IMG/VR virus record: IMGVR_UViG_3300042350_004191
Span: 124,001 to 188,000 of that record
Direction: 5' to 3' (one strand)
DNA length: 64,000 bases
In this document: one piece after another, positions 47,110-57,719 of the stretch
How the letters are laid out: each line of letters starts with the position of its first letter
Position numbering within the stretch: the first letter of the stretch is position 1
Notes under the pieces: model-generated
What the model was told of the DNA's origin: nothing
Database searches by the model: none
What the model saw: only the letters and a program-made list of their open reading frames with translations
Program-made: the position numbers and the translations under genes

Positions 47110-50100
47110 ATGTATTACTCCTTAGAAACTCTGTTCTTGATAAATATATTTCGTCTCTGCCACCGCTTATTTTTACTTTTTCTGAAGCATTTTCCATACT
47201 ACCGTTATTATTATTTATAATAATAGGTTCTGTTGGGGTGTTATCTATTTCTGGATTTCTTCTTTGATTTAACATATCGATCTCTTTAGACATTAATAGT
47301 CTTTCCATTTTTTTAGATAAATTTTCTACACTATTGGTTAAATTAATAAATGTTTTGTCTACAGCATCTCCTTTTTTAGATGCAAAAATAGTGTCATCAG
47401 AAGACAGTTGAATAGCATTACCACTTCTGTCTAATATTATTTTTCCGTCTTTTGAATCAAATCTTTTTTCTATAAATGAAGATTTTGAAGGACCTTCAAA
47501 AGCAGTGTCTTCTAATAACATATTTGAAAGTTTTTTATCATCGGTATAAAAATTAGCTTTTTCTGGTTCAATAACTTCTTTGTTTTTTTTATCCATCAAT
47601 TCTTGAAGCTCTTGTCTCAACAAGTTTAATTTTTGTCCTTTGGTTCTGTCCCTAGATTGACTGATTTTTTCAATTTTTTCTTCTATCAATGAAATTTGTT
47701 TGTCTAATTCAGTCTCTGGCAATACCCCTAAATCTTCAGCAGTCGTAACTTGTTTACCTTCCTTCAGTTCTTCATATCTTTTGAGTTTGTAATTTAATGC
47801 TTTTTGAGATTCTAATATATTCTCTCTTTGTCTTTCTAACATTTCTATTTTTCTATCATCTCTTGATATAAAATTTTTGTTTTTTTCTTCTTCAATAGAA
47901 GCTTCTAATTCTTTTCGGTTGGAGATTAATCCTTTTGCATTATCTTTTAATTCAGTCTCATCTTTTTCATTGTATTCGGTTGGAAGATTTCTTATAACAT
48001 TCTTTTCAACTCCAGACATTTTTGGTTGTTTAATCTCAGATATTGGAGCATTATTTTCTACAAGTTCTTTTGTCTTTTCATCGTATGTATATCCAAACAT
48101 ACTAGCAAACCAAGATTTTATACCGAATCCTTCTGGGAAAAAATTTACTAAATTTTTATACAAGTTCTTTTTTAAATTGTCTGCTAATTTAGTAAATGAA
48201 AATTTTGTAGTAGTTACGCCTGTTTTTGAATCGGTTGTGGTTTCAAATGCATCTAATATTGATAAAAATGTTCCTGCTACAGAACCGAAAAATGGTAATT
48301 CATTGATCAATTCTAAACCCTCACGTATATTGCCTGTAAACAAAGAATATAGACCTTCACCAGCTTTGATTAAGGTTCCTACCAAATAACTTTCTCTGAG
48401 ATATTTGTAAAAAGAACCAAACCAGTTTCCCATAATAGAAGCTTTACCAGTAGATGTATCTGAACCTTGTTGGTAATCTAAAACGCTGTTTAATATATCT
48501 ATACCTATAGCCAACGTTGTACCTACACCGGGAACAAACGCAGCAATGCCTGATACTATATCCAAAACACCGCCTAAGATATCGTTTTGTTGAAACCTTC
48601 CCCATGCTAAACCAAAACTTAAAAGAGAACCAATAACAGGTATAAATTTTAATTTACTTCCTATTTTAGCTACCCAACCTACGGCTTTCATTAGCATCGC
48701 TGTTATGCTCAATCCTGTCTCGGCCTTTTGTTCTTTTTCTTCACCGCCCTTTAAGTCGATAAAGGTATTTAAAAGGCTTAAACCTATAGACAGAGCAGTT
48801 CCTACACCGGGAACCAAACCAGTGACTCCAGCGGCTATGTCTATCAAACCTTGCATATATTCACCTTCACGAAACCTTGCCCAAGCCTGACCAAAGCTAA
48901 TAACTGTGCCTATTAATGGAATGGCTTTTAATGCGGTCAAAGATACACCTTTCAAAAGTAAACCAGCACCTCTAGCTAAAAGACCTTTTAAATTACGTCC
49001 CACAGTAGATCCAGCCACTTTTCCACCAACTTCAGCACTTTCACCTATGATATTATCAAACACACCAGAAAACATTTGAGTAGCATATGTTGCCAGCTTT
49101 TCACTAATACTACCAAAGAATGTACCAACGGTCTTAAAAGCATTCCCAAAGGTCATTTGGAGTCCACCCATAGTAAAAAATTTACTCATGGCATTCACTA
49201 CTCCTTGAAATTTATCAAAAGTTTCAGCAGCCTTATCGCCAAATTTCTCACTAATGTAATTTTTAATTTCAGGCCAATAAAAGGATGTAATAGCTCCTAT
49301 GCCACCTATAGCCGCCATAGCACCTCCAATCAAACCAGCAACGCCACCTAGACCATTTAATAAACCACCAAACAAACCACCAAACAAACCACCACCTTGT
49401 TGTATTGTAACATTCGATGTTTCTTCGGATTTTTCTTTTAAAATTTTATCTACTAATTTAGATAAAAAATCACTTGTCTGAGTAGAAAAAGTTATAATTG
49501 TTTCTGTTGGTTTGTTTTCAAATAATTTTTGTTCTTCTGAAGTTGTTTGTGTGTTATTTGTTGGATTTTCGTTATTGGCTTTAATGAATTCTAGCGTGTT
49601 ATTTTTTTGTAAATCTAAAACATTTACTAAATTACCAATCAGATTATTGTTGTTTTCGTTGTTTAAATTGAAAATATTTTTAATATCAAAAATAAAACTT
49701 TTAAGAGTATCACTTAAATCGAATTTTTGATTTTTTAAAATATTTTTGTTATTGAGTGTTTCAACATCTGTCGTTTCTTCCGTATTTTTTTTCTGATAAG
49801 CTTCTTTTATTTTAGAAAAAATATCTGAAAATATATTTTGATAGTCGGTTAAGAAATTAAAATCTGTTTGAACATTTGTATCTTTTACGGGTTGTTTAGG
49901 CTGTTCAACTAATCTCGGAGACTCTTTGGATGATTTAGCTTGAATGTCGGTTACTTCTTTGTCTTTGGTTTGAACTTTTTGAATTAATGTGTTCAGCTTT
50001 TCATATATCTCAGTAGCCCTTTCAGAAGAATTTTCAACATTATCTGTTAAAGTTTTCCATTTTTTGACCAACTTTTCTAATATATTCCGTTTAAAATCTC

Positions 50101-50224
50101 TTCGAATTAACTGTAAATCTTGATCGTTGACAAATATCTTTACAAGAACATCTAAAGGATTTTCCTTTAATCCCTTTTCTGTAAATTCTTTTATAAAGCT
50201 TTCTATGTCAGGATTCGCTACCAT
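47096..50224 (-). CDS. Tape measure protein (gp29-like)
   Basis: 1042 aa, helical, Gly/Ala-rich hydrophobic repeats (IPxIG...VPGVGT), IIINNNN near C-terminus; follows gp26-like genes. Confidence 0.75.
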   Translation of the reverse strand: MVANPDIESFIKEFTEKGLKENPLDVLVKIFVNDQDLQLIRRDFKRNILEKLVKKWKTLTDNVENSSERATEIYEKLNTLIQKVQTKDKEVTDIQAKSSKESPRLVEQPKQPVKDTNVQTDFNFLTDYQNIFSDIFSKIKEAYQKKNTEETTDVETLNNKNILKNQKFDLSDTLKSFIFDIKNIFNLNNENNNNLIGNLVNVLDLQKNNTLEFIKANNENPTNNTQTTSEEQKLFENKPTETIITFSTQTSDFLSKLVDKILKEKSEETSNVTIQQGGGLFGGLFGGLLNGLGGVAGLIGGAMAAIGGIGAITSFYWPEIKNYISEKFGDKAAETFDKFQGVVNAMSKFFTMGGLQMTFGNAFKTVGTFFGSISEKLATYATQMFSGVFDNIIGESAEVGGKVAGSTVGRNLKGLLARGAGLLLKGVSLTALKAIPLIGTVISFGQAWARFREGEYMQGLIDIAAGVTGLVPGVGTALSIGLSLLNTFIDLKGGEEKEQKAETGLSITAMLMKAVGWVAKIGSKLKFIPVIGSLLSFGLAWGRFQQNDILGGVLDIVSGIAAFVPGVGTTLAIGIDILNSVLDYQQGSDTSTGKASIMGNWFGSFYKYLRESYLVGTLIKAGEGLYSLFTGNIREGLELINELPFFGSVAGTFLSILDAFETTTDSKTGVTTTKFSFTKLADNLKKNLYKNLVNFFPEGFGIKSWFASMFGYTYDEKTKELVENNAPISEIKQPKMSGVEKNVIRNLPTEYNEKDETELKDNAKGLISNRKELEASIEEEKNKNFISRDDRKIEMLERQRENILESQKALNYKLKRYEELKEGKQVTTAEDLGVLPETELDKQISLIEEKIEKISQSRDRTKGQKLNLLRQELQELMDKKNKEVIEPEKANFYTDDKKLSNMLLEDTAFEGPSKSSFIEKRFDSKDGKIILDRSGNAIQLSSDDTIFASKKGDAVDKTFINLTNSVENLSKKMERLLMSKEIDMLNQRRNPEIDNTPTEPIIINNNNGSMENASEKVKISGGRDEIYLSRTEFLRSNTYGRF

Positions 50225-50229
50225 AATAA

Positions 50230-50236
50230 TATTTAT
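50230..50236 (-). promoter_or_regulatory. T4-type late promoter (ATAAATA)
   Basis: 5 nt upstream of tape measure ATG. Confidence 0.6.
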
Positions 50237-50256
50237 GGCCGATTACTGTTATAGTG

Positions 50257-51069
50257 CTACATTAGGAACAAAAGATTATCTAATGTTAGAGTCTTTTTAT
50301 ACTCTCCATTCTTAGAAGAAACTGTTAAAAAAGAATCTAATTCGGTTTTCCAGTCTGCAATTTTTTGTAGTACTTTTTGAGTCAAATCAGCAGTCAAAAG
50401 TTCTGTTAATTTTATTCTCTGGTTTATAGTAAGTCCTTCTAAACTAATGACTTTATCATCGAATGCTATTTTACTTATAAATTTAGATACTTCACCAATA
50501 AATGCATCTGACAAAAGTGTTCCCATGTCATTTACATTTTTAACATCATCTATTTTTTTATAAGTTTTTGATAATTCTAATTCATATTTCGATTCCAAAG
50601 TTATTGTCGGGATTAAAACTTCGACGTTTATAGATACTCCATCTTTTACAATATTGATACTTTCAGTAGAAGGGTGATTATACTTTAAGCTGTTATCAAT
50701 TATTGGCTGCAATTCTACAGATTCAGAGTAAACGGGATTTTCATTAAAAACCACATTTAAGTTATTAGATATTTTTGATCTTAAAAATAAACCTATATAA
50801 ACTTTATCGTAGATTGTTAGTTTTTCTACTTCTACACCTTCGGTAATTAAATTCTCTTTAATAATTTTTAAAAAATTTTGGGTGAATTTACTTTTATATA
50901 TTGATGTATCAGTTACCGTTTCCAATAAATCTTTTTGTTGTTTTGTATTAAGTTCTTTAAACTCAACGTTTTTCTTAAGAGAAGGTATATATACAGATAA
51001 ACTAAAAGTATTTGATATATCTGTTAATGATTTTAAAATATCATTAAAATTTTGTGTATTATCGCTCAT
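50257..51069 (-). CDS. Baseplate hub assembly protein gp26-like
   Basis: VYIPSLKKNVEFKELNTKQQKDLL, LTIYDKVYIGLFLRSKI, C-terminal LTLDNLLF. Confidence 0.65.
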   Translation of the reverse strand: MSDNTQNFNDILKSLTDISNTFSLSVYIPSLKKNVEFKELNTKQQKDLLETVTDTSIYKSKFTQNFLKIIKENLITEGVEVEKLTIYDKVYIGLFLRSKISNNLNVVFNENPVYSESVELQPIIDNSLKYNHPSTESINIVKDGVSINVEVLIPTITLESKYELELSKTYKKIDDVKNVNDMGTLLSDAFIGEVSKFISKIAFDDKVISLEGLTINQRIKLTELLTADLTQKVLQKIADWKTELDSFLTVSSKNGEYKKTLTLDNLLFLM

Positions 51070-51081
51070 TTATTAAAATAA

Positions 51082-51987
51082 TTATAAATTCACGTTAGAA
51101 TTCAAGTCAGAATTTTGATTAGACTTGGTTATTTGCTCAACATATTCATGAATATAGTCAGCCTTCTCTAATGGTGTTAAATTATTAATTTCTTCCAATG
51201 AAAAATTATATTTTTTCAAAAAAATATTTTCTTGTAAAATAGATCTTTCATCACCAGAAAATATAAATCTAATTAAATCTTGCATTGTTGCATTAAAAAA
51301 TTCTAATTTATATTCATTAAATTCTTTTATTTCAAAAAGAGGTATAACAGAAATTTCTTTGAGTAAAGAAAGAACATTTGTTTGAATAATTTGTTTTATT
51401 GATAACGGTATAGATTCTAACAAAGTATTTTTTTGTTTTGCATCAAATTTTTTAAATTCAAAGTTTTTATCTTTGATAATTATTTTTTCAATAAACAACG
51501 GTAAAGATTTTAAAAATTTATCTAATTGATCATTTGTTAAATTTTCTAAAAAGAACTCTTCGTCTTTTAACATCGGCCAATTTAAGTGTATTTCTATATT
51601 TTCGTCTTTTATAATTTTATATTTTTTGATATTTTCAGCTATATCATAAACAGATTTTAATAAATCAAAAAAGTTTATAATAATTTTAGTATTTTTTGTT
51701 TCTTCGTTTTTTATGGAAAGTTCTACTGTATGTCCAACAGATATTGTTCTTAGACGAATACAAAACATTAAAAATTCTACAATATTTAAATCAAAAATTT
51801 TTTCTTTATCCTTTAAACATTCAGATAAAATATTTATAATGGTATAATGATAATCTATTCTGTAGTCTGCTTCTGGTGGTAAATTAGTATTACTCTTTAT
51901 TAGATTATGATATTGCTTATTATTAAATTCTTTAAAATGTAAAACTGTATTAGTATATGGAAACTGTAATGCGTGTGTATAAAACAT
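51082..51987 (-). CDS. Baseplate hub assembly protein gp26-like, possibly with gp51-like C-terminus
   Basis: LNIVEFLMFCIRLRTISVGHTVEL; C-terminal KKYNFSLEEINNLTPLEKADYI. Confidence 0.6.
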   Translation of the reverse strand: MFYTHALQFPYTNTVLHFKEFNNKQYHNLIKSNTNLPPEADYRIDYHYTIINILSECLKDKEKIFDLNIVEFLMFCIRLRTISVGHTVELSIKNEETKNTKIIINFFDLLKSVYDIAENIKKYKIIKDENIEIHLNWPMLKDEEFFLENLTNDQLDKFLKSLPLFIEKIIIKDKNFEFKKFDAKQKNTLLESIPLSIKQIIQTNVLSLLKEISVIPLFEIKEFNEYKLEFFNATMQDLIRFIFSGDERSILQENIFLKKYNFSLEEINNLTPLEKADYIHEYVEQITKSNQNSDLNSNVNL

Positions 51988-52035
51988 TATATTATAGCTT
52001 ATTCTACAAAGCTTGAAAATAAAGGCTTTTGTTTA

Positions 52036-52749
52036 CTATCTTGTTAAATTTAATAAATTTGGTGTGTTTTGATCTCTTACGTAATATTGATCATATACAA
52101 AATCTACAGAGGTATATTTCATATCATCGGCCATATATGAATATTGTTCTCCATCAATACCCACCGGAACAATATTGTTAAATCTATAAGTTTTTCGTAT
52201 GGCTTGTTTATTACCACTACCTACTCTTGCCATTAAGTTAACATCACAGTATGAACACTTTACGTTTCTTGTGCTATCAAAATCTCTAGATATTAAACCA
52301 TAATACGAAGACAATACCATCCAAGGTCTTATTACTAGATCAACAAAAGACGCATTTGTTTCCAAGAAAGTTATTCTTAATTTTGAATATTTTGTTCTAG
52401 TATTAGATGTTGCTGGTGGTAAAAATCCACCATATTCTAATCCAGTATTTCCAGCATCAATACCATCATTTGGAAGATTTACTTGTCTTGCAAATACACA
52501 GCCAACGCCATATTGTGTATTATATTCCCAATCAGTTAATTTAGTAATACTGTCTTGTTTAACATGCCAACCAGCCTGACCAAAATTTGACTCAATTGCA
52601 TTTAATCTCTTAGTTACGTCTCCTTGCAAAGCAGGTACACTGTCTATATCGAATATTAGCCACCATTGACTAGCAGACGCAAGAGCAGTAGGCCACGCAG
52701 CTAAAGACTTGAAATAATTTTCATAAGGATAAGGATCTTCACTAGCCAT
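52036..52749 (-). CDS. Tail tube initiator gp54-like
   Basis: ARQVNLP, LRITFLET, RPW, YRFNNIVPVGI, VDFVY tube fold; follows tube gene. Confidence 0.6.
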   Translation of the reverse strand: MASEDPYPYENYFKSLAAWPTALASASQWWLIFDIDSVPALQGDVTKRLNAIESNFGQAGWHVKQDSITKLTDWEYNTQYGVGCVFARQVNLPNDGIDAGNTGLEYGGFLPPATSNTRTKYSKLRITFLETNASFVDLVIRPWMVLSSYYGLISRDFDSTRNVKCSYCDVNLMARVGSGNKQAIRKTYRFNNIVPVGIDGEQYSYMADDMKYTSVDFVYDQYYVRDQNTPNLLNLTR

Positions 52750-52781
52750 ATGCTATATGAATTACTTATCCTTAAGTAAAA

Positions 52782-53321
52782 TTATTCTACTCTCCAGTAT
52801 TGGTAAGCAATAGTAGCTGGAACTGTGACAATATCACCAGCAGTGCCAACATTCAGTGTCATTTCTCCCAAATTAGTAATATAGCAACCATAGAGATGAT
52901 ATCTTCTAAGTCTGTTACCATTTTTACCAATCAAGTCGAGAGTTGTAACACCTTCATCACCAGCGGGAATAGAATATTCTCCGGTGCTGGTTTCATCATC
53001 AAAGATGCTCTTCATCCAATCTTCAAGTTTGTCACGGACATCAAGCTCTGCATCCATTCTCATAGTAACCTGCCATGCGTTACTATTTGGATACTGAACC
53101 GTACCGGGAACATTGAATTGAAGTCCCATATAAGGAACTTGAATGTTGTTTATTGTCTTGCTAGGGAGTGTTGTTGATTCGATGTAAAGCAAATCATCAT
53201 CGTTGAAGAAGTTTGCTCCACCGAATGCAATTACTCTAAAAAGATTTTGTCTGAAGAAATCTTTTCTACCAGCAACTTCGTGGAAGTTTCTAATGCCTTG
53301 TTGATCTAATATTCCTGCCAT
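52782..53321 (-). CDS. 19: Tail tube protein gp19
   Basis: RQNLFRV, STTLPS, VPYMG..FNVPG, WQVT, LEDW, YHLYGCY, TIAYQYW. Confidence 0.88.
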   Translation of the reverse strand: MAGILDQQGIRNFHEVAGRKDFFRQNLFRVIAFGGANFFNDDDLLYIESTTLPSKTINNIQVPYMGLQFNVPGTVQYPNSNAWQVTMRMDAELDVRDKLEDWMKSIFDDETSTGEYSIPAGDEGVTTLDLIGKNGNRLRRYHLYGCYITNLGEMTLNVGTAGDIVTVPATIAYQYWRVE

Positions 53322-53326
53322 AATTT

Positions 53327-53333
53327 TATTTAT
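53327..53333 (-). promoter_or_regulatory. T4-type late promoter (ATAAATA)
   Basis: 5 nt upstream of tube ATG. Confidence 0.6.
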
Positions 53334-53348
53334 CCTTTTATTCTATAA

Positions 53349-56045
53349 TTAGTTGATTAATGCATCTAAGTCTGTACCAGTTCTGGTAGCAACGAAGTCA
53401 GCCAAGATAAATTCAGCGGCTCTAACAGGTTGAATATATATTGCAACTCTGAGTTCGTTTCTATCGATTGTGTCTGGTGTGTTATTTCTTTCATCACAGA
53501 TAATTCTGTAATCATAGATGCCTTCTCTTGTCTTTGCTCTTTCGAATAAAGGTGTTAATCTAAGAACAACTCTGTTTCTTGTTGTGATTGTATTTGGTTC
53601 AAATACAAATCTATTTAAGATAGTTGTTGTGCTCTTTTCTAACCATAAGAAGAGGTTTCTTACATTCAATCTATCGAATGCTGTTTGATAATTTATGAAT
53701 GTTTTTTGACCATAAACTACCATACCTTCTCTTGGGAAGTTAACGATAGGATTGTAGGAATGTCTATAAAGAAGATCTCTTTGTCTTTGATTTGGGTTGA
53801 GTGCTAGATCTACAACGCCAGTCAATCTTCCATAATTAAATCCTGCTGGAGCTAACCATGGTGCTCTTCTTCTGGTATTGAGGAGAACTCTACCAGCAAA
53901 GCCTGATGGTGGCAACCAAACAAATTCGTCTGAGGCTGCATCATAACGTCTCATCCAGTTTGCATATGTTGCCATGTATGTTGAGCGACCAATTTTTGCA
54001 TAAAGCACATTCAGAGGTCTTAAAACATCATCAACGAAGTTGAATGTTCTTGAATCGGCTATTTTAGCGTTTTTGCCTTTGACAAAAACATACCTCAATG
54101 GATCAGAAATAAATACGTGATTTTTTCTATTTTGTGCATAATTTCTGAATTTTCTCTGAACATCAACGTAAGCTTCTCTTACGACATCAAACTCTTGGTA
54201 ATAAGCTCTCCAGTTCTTAGGAATGACTTTAAGATTGTTGACATCGACATCTCTTGTGTCATCAAAGTGACCCGCGAGATCTGAACCAACATATGGGTTA
54301 AATCTTGCAGCACTTAATGCTACGTTTATTGTGCCTAAACCAGCTTCACAAACAATGTCTATGAATGTACTTTCATTTTCAGTTAATTCATATGTTTGGA
54401 AAACTCTGTCTAATTTAAGACTGAGATCACCAATATTTTTGTTTTTATTATCAACTGATGTAGGTGAGAACAGACTGTGACACCAAATAGCTTTGGTTCC
54501 TTCAGCAACTCTTACCTTCTTGACAGGTCTACCAAATTGATCGATCCATACGCCTGTTTCAGATATGTTAGGATTAGTTACAAATTTAATTCTAGAATTG
54601 AGATTATTTTCAATTCTATTTTCGATGTTGAAGCTAACTAATCTTCCACCGCGAGGGTCATTTTGCTTTCTCTTGGCATACAATGAACCAGCATATGCTT
54701 CCACTGTGCTATAATCTAAAGTTATAGCATCCTGAAGGAAAGGTGAAGTGTTTAATCTGTATACAAACAGTTTCAAGGAATCATTGAATGCATCATCTGA
54801 GAAATCATAAGCAGGGAATCTTGACATTCTTTCAGAAACACTTTGGAATGTTACACTTGAATAAGACTCTGTTAATGTGAAGTTTAATCTTTCATCAGGA
54901 ATTCTATAGAAAGACTGACCGACATTATTTCCAGAATTAACTGCGAAAATTGATGTTACAGAACTAAAATCTGTATAAGGAGTATCATCTGAATTATCTG
55001 CAAGGGCAATGTAAAACCCTTCAAACATATCATTAACCCCTAATTTATCACTGTTGATGATAACAATACCAGCCTTACTTAAATCTTCTGGGCCATTGAT
55101 TGTTAATGCGTTTAATGATCTCTTATCATGATAGTTAAGATCATATGATATTACAGTTCCTACACCATTACTGTTACTTGAAACATAATTTGTCCAAGAA
55201 CTTAATGTGTTTAAATCTGTGTTTACTGTTGCCCAAGCAATAGGAGCACCGCCAACCAAGTTTTTATCTAACTTGTTGGCATCATTTATAAGCCCATTGT
55301 CAGCAGCAACAATTCCATCAATATAATCTTGAACTCTTTGATTAAAGTATGCTTGGATATTGAATGCTGTTAAAGGTCTTTGTACTACTTGTTGGTTTGG
55401 TAAAACAGCAGGACCTTGATATGCATTAGGAGCATATGGGAAATATTTATTGACTTCAGAAACATCACTAACTCTTAAATCATTAACTACGTCTAAGAAT
55501 AAAGCACTAGCTACTGTTCTGTTTAAAGTGAAGGTTTGGTTTGCTACTGTTGATACAGAACTTACTTGTGTACTCCATGTTACACTTCCTTCTCTGATGT
55601 ATTTATCGTATTGATTTTGGTCAAATTTAACAGATTTAGGAGGAAGAATGTAATATGCTTCTGCATCAGAATAAGTTTTACCGTGTGGTAAAACTGGAAA
55701 TACTAAGGCACTATAATGATTCTGAGGATCTTCTTCTCCTCCATTGGCACCATAGGGCATTCTTGTTACATGAACATCAGAACCAGTACTAACCAATTGT
55801 TCTACAGTATGGGAGAGATAACGCTCTGCGGCTGTTTCAGGTAAGCCGAAAACGGTATTAAATTGAGCCATGCTTGTGATTCTAACAACTTGTTCAGTAG
55901 GACCCTGTGAAGCGAAACCAGTAACAACTGCGGCTGGTCTAATTGCTGCACCTCCTCCACTAGGTAGTCTTGTTAAGTCAGTTTCAGTAATTTGAACTCC
56001 GGGTGATTCAATTCTTCTTGGTGTTTGTATAATTCTTGTTGCCAT
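53349..56045 (-). CDS. 18: Contractile tail sheath protein gp18
   Basis: SPGVQITETDLT, GFASQGP, PWLAPAGFNYG, YGQKT, FDRLNVRNLF, FEPN, CDERNNT, IQPVRAAEFI. Confidence 0.95.
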   Translation of the reverse strand: MATRIIQTPRRIESPGVQITETDLTRLPSGGGAAIRPAAVVTGFASQGPTEQVVRITSMAQFNTVFGLPETAAERYLSHTVEQLVSTGSDVHVTRMPYGANGGEEDPQNHYSALVFPVLPHGKTYSDAEAYYILPPKSVKFDQNQYDKYIREGSVTWSTQVSSVSTVANQTFTLNRTVASALFLDVVNDLRVSDVSEVNKYFPYAPNAYQGPAVLPNQQVVQRPLTAFNIQAYFNQRVQDYIDGIVAADNGLINDANKLDKNLVGGAPIAWATVNTDLNTLSSWTNYVSSNSNGVGTVISYDLNYHDKRSLNALTINGPEDLSKAGIVIINSDKLGVNDMFEGFYIALADNSDDTPYTDFSSVTSIFAVNSGNNVGQSFYRIPDERLNFTLTESYSSVTFQSVSERMSRFPAYDFSDDAFNDSLKLFVYRLNTSPFLQDAITLDYSTVEAYAGSLYAKRKQNDPRGGRLVSFNIENRIENNLNSRIKFVTNPNISETGVWIDQFGRPVKKVRVAEGTKAIWCHSLFSPTSVDNKNKNIGDLSLKLDRVFQTYELTENESTFIDIVCEAGLGTINVALSAARFNPYVGSDLAGHFDDTRDVDVNNLKVIPKNWRAYYQEFDVVREAYVDVQRKFRNYAQNRKNHVFISDPLRYVFVKGKNAKIADSRTFNFVDDVLRPLNVLYAKIGRSTYMATYANWMRRYDAASDEFVWLPPSGFAGRVLLNTRRRAPWLAPAGFNYGRLTGVVDLALNPNQRQRDLLYRHSYNPIVNFPREGMVVYGQKTFINYQTAFDRLNVRNLFLWLEKSTTTILNRFVFEPNTITTRNRVVLRLTPLFERAKTREGIYDYRIICDERNNTPDTIDRNELRVAIYIQPVRAAEFILADFVATRTGTDLDALIN

Positions 56046-56057
56046 ATGTTATGAAAA

Positions 56058-56110
56058 TATTTATCTTATTTAAGTACCAATTTACGTAAAATTATAAAAA
56101 AATGTAAATA
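56058..56110. promoter_or_regulatory. Divergent late promoters
   Basis: - strand ATAAATA (56064-56058) 12 nt before sheath ATG; + strand TAAATA (56105-56110) 7 nt before ATG 56118. Confidence 0.6.
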
Positions 56111-56117
56111 GTAGTAT

Positions 56118-56441
56118 ATGAAATCATATAATGAACTTTATACACAGTTACTTAGTGAATATCAAAATACAAATACGGATGTCCAAAATCCCAATTTTTT
56201 AAAATTACAAAATTATTTTAAGCAACTTGGCCAAAATATCGATCCTAAAACTATAGAAGGAATTCTAAAAACATTGGAAGATAAATCTGAAAATGTTACG
56301 CAAAATACAAATGCAACAGAAAACGAAGAAGACCAAAATCAACCAGAAGTTCCAAAAGAAAAACAAACTTCCCCTAATGTTAGTCCAGTAATGAATAACC
56401 CATTGAACCCTTTCAATAAAAATCAACAAGCAACAGTATAA
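56118..56441 (+). CDS. Hypothetical late protein
   Basis: 107 aa, Asn/Gln-rich; late motif upstream. Confidence 0.65.
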   Translation: MKSYNELYTQLLSEYQNTNTDVQNPNFLKLQNYFKQLGQNIDPKTIEGILKTLEDKSENVTQNTNATENEEDQNQPEVPKEKQTSPNVSPVMNNPLNPFNKNQQATV

Positions 56442-56444
56442 ATA
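56437..56444 (+). promoter_or_regulatory. T4-type late promoter TATAAATA
   Basis: Exact consensus 6 nt before ATG 56451. Confidence 0.7.
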
Positions 56445-56450
56445 TAATAT

Positions 56451-56735
56451 ATGTTACCAGAAAATTTCGATAATTTAGTAACTGAGCTTTTGGAAGAAGC
56501 CAAATGCACAGGACCAACGAAAAAAGCTTCATCTACAGCCAAGGGTAAAAAGTGGATGAAGTGTGTAAAAAACCCAAGTGGTGGTGGATATAAAAGAATA
56601 CATTGGGGTCAAAAAGGTGTTCGTGTAACTGGTAAATCCGGTAACACAAAACGTAAAAAATCATTTCGTGCAAGACATAAATGCTCTGGAGCAAAGGCTG
56701 GCACACCACGTTACCAAGCGTGTAAAGATTGGTAA
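56451..56735 (+). CDS. Small basic Cys-containing protein
   Basis: GKKWMKCV...KRIHWG...KKSFRARHKC...RYQACKDW. Confidence 0.7.
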   Translation: MLPENFDNLVTELLEEAKCTGPTKKASSTAKGKKWMKCVKNPSGGGYKRIHWGQKGVRVTGKSGNTKRKKSFRARHKCSGAKAGTPRYQACKDW

Positions 56736-56743
56736 CTTCTTCA

Positions 56744-57544
56744 ATGAAGTCAAAAAAAAGTAAAAAGAAACAGACAGACTCTGTTCAAAAAAGCCATTCT
56801 CAAAACCGTGAGGATACTTCTCCTTATGTATACCAAAGAGAAAAAATTAATTTTGAATTTGGTATTAGGGAACTACCGTGGACAAATAAACAAAAAGAAC
56901 TAATTGAAGCTATTTTAGATAAACATACAAGATGTGTTTTTATTGAAGGGCCAGCAGGTACATCAAAGACATTAACTGCTGTTTATGCCGCACTGAACCT
57001 TTTGAAAAATAAAAAAATTTCTGACATAATCTTTGTAAGAAGTGCTGTTGAAAGTGCTGATTCTAAAATAGGTTATTTACCCGGTTCTATTGATGAAAAA
57101 TTTGAAGCGTATATGGTTCCCTTTATGGAAAAACTTGAAGAACTTTTAGATAAAGGTGCATTGAATAGATTAAGACATGACGAAAGATTTAGTGCAACGC
57201 CTGTGAATTATATCCGAGGTTTACATTGGGCAGCAAAAACGATCATCGTTGACGAAGCACAAAACATCACATTCAGAGAATTGGTAACAACTATTACTAG
57301 AATGGGTGAATTTTCAAAAATTATTTTTTGTGGAGATCCTATGCAATCAGATTTACCAGAAGCAAAAGCTGGTGGTTTTTCTAAAATGTGTGATTTATTT
57401 TCAGATGATGAATGTAAAAAATACGGTATTCATCATTTTAGATTTACAAATGAAGACGTTGTACGATCTGAGTTTGTGAAATTTATTGTTAATCGCCTTG
57501 AAAATGAAAAAGACACTTGGAAACCAAAAAATGTAAGTAAATAA
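56744..57544 (+). CDS. phoH: PhoH-family ATPase
   Basis: GPAGTSKT, RSAVE, IGYLPG, YIRG, IVDEAQN, TRMGE, GDPMQSD, DVVRS. Confidence 0.93.
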   Translation: MKSKKSKKKQTDSVQKSHSQNREDTSPYVYQREKINFEFGIRELPWTNKQKELIEAILDKHTRCVFIEGPAGTSKTLTAVYAALNLLKNKKISDIIFVRSAVESADSKIGYLPGSIDEKFEAYMVPFMEKLEELLDKGALNRLRHDERFSATPVNYIRGLHWAAKTIIVDEAQNITFRELVTTITRMGEFSKIIFCGDPMQSDLPEAKAGGFSKMCDLFSDDECKKYGIHHFRFTNEDVVRSEFVKFIVNRLENEKDTWKPKNVSK

Positions 57545-57548
57545 TAGA

Positions 57549-57719
57549 ATGGATCAAAATCAACAAAAAGTAGATTATAACAAAGTATCAAACAGACCAG
57601 TTACATGTATTTATTGTGGTGCTACAGTTGTAGGAAGAGTTCAAAAAACACCACAAGGAGAACAAATAAAGTGGATTTGTGATAGATGTAATCAACTAGT
57701 AAAAGTAGGAAATGTATGA
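57549..57719 (+). CDS. Small zinc-ribbon protein (56 aa)
   Basis: Not in ORF track. MDQNQQKVDYNKVSNRPVTCIYCGATVVGRVQKTPQGEQIKWICDRCNQLVKVGNV; TAAATA 5 nt upstream; ATGA overlap downstream. Confidence 0.75.
   Translation: MDQNQQKVDYNKVSNRPVTCIYCGATVVGRVQKTPQGEQIKWICDRCNQLVKVGNV

Noticed and set aside
36087-56045. Bacterial contractile injection system or tailocin
   Set aside because: Terminase, neck, late sigma and a full T4-type replisome are linked, indicating a phage
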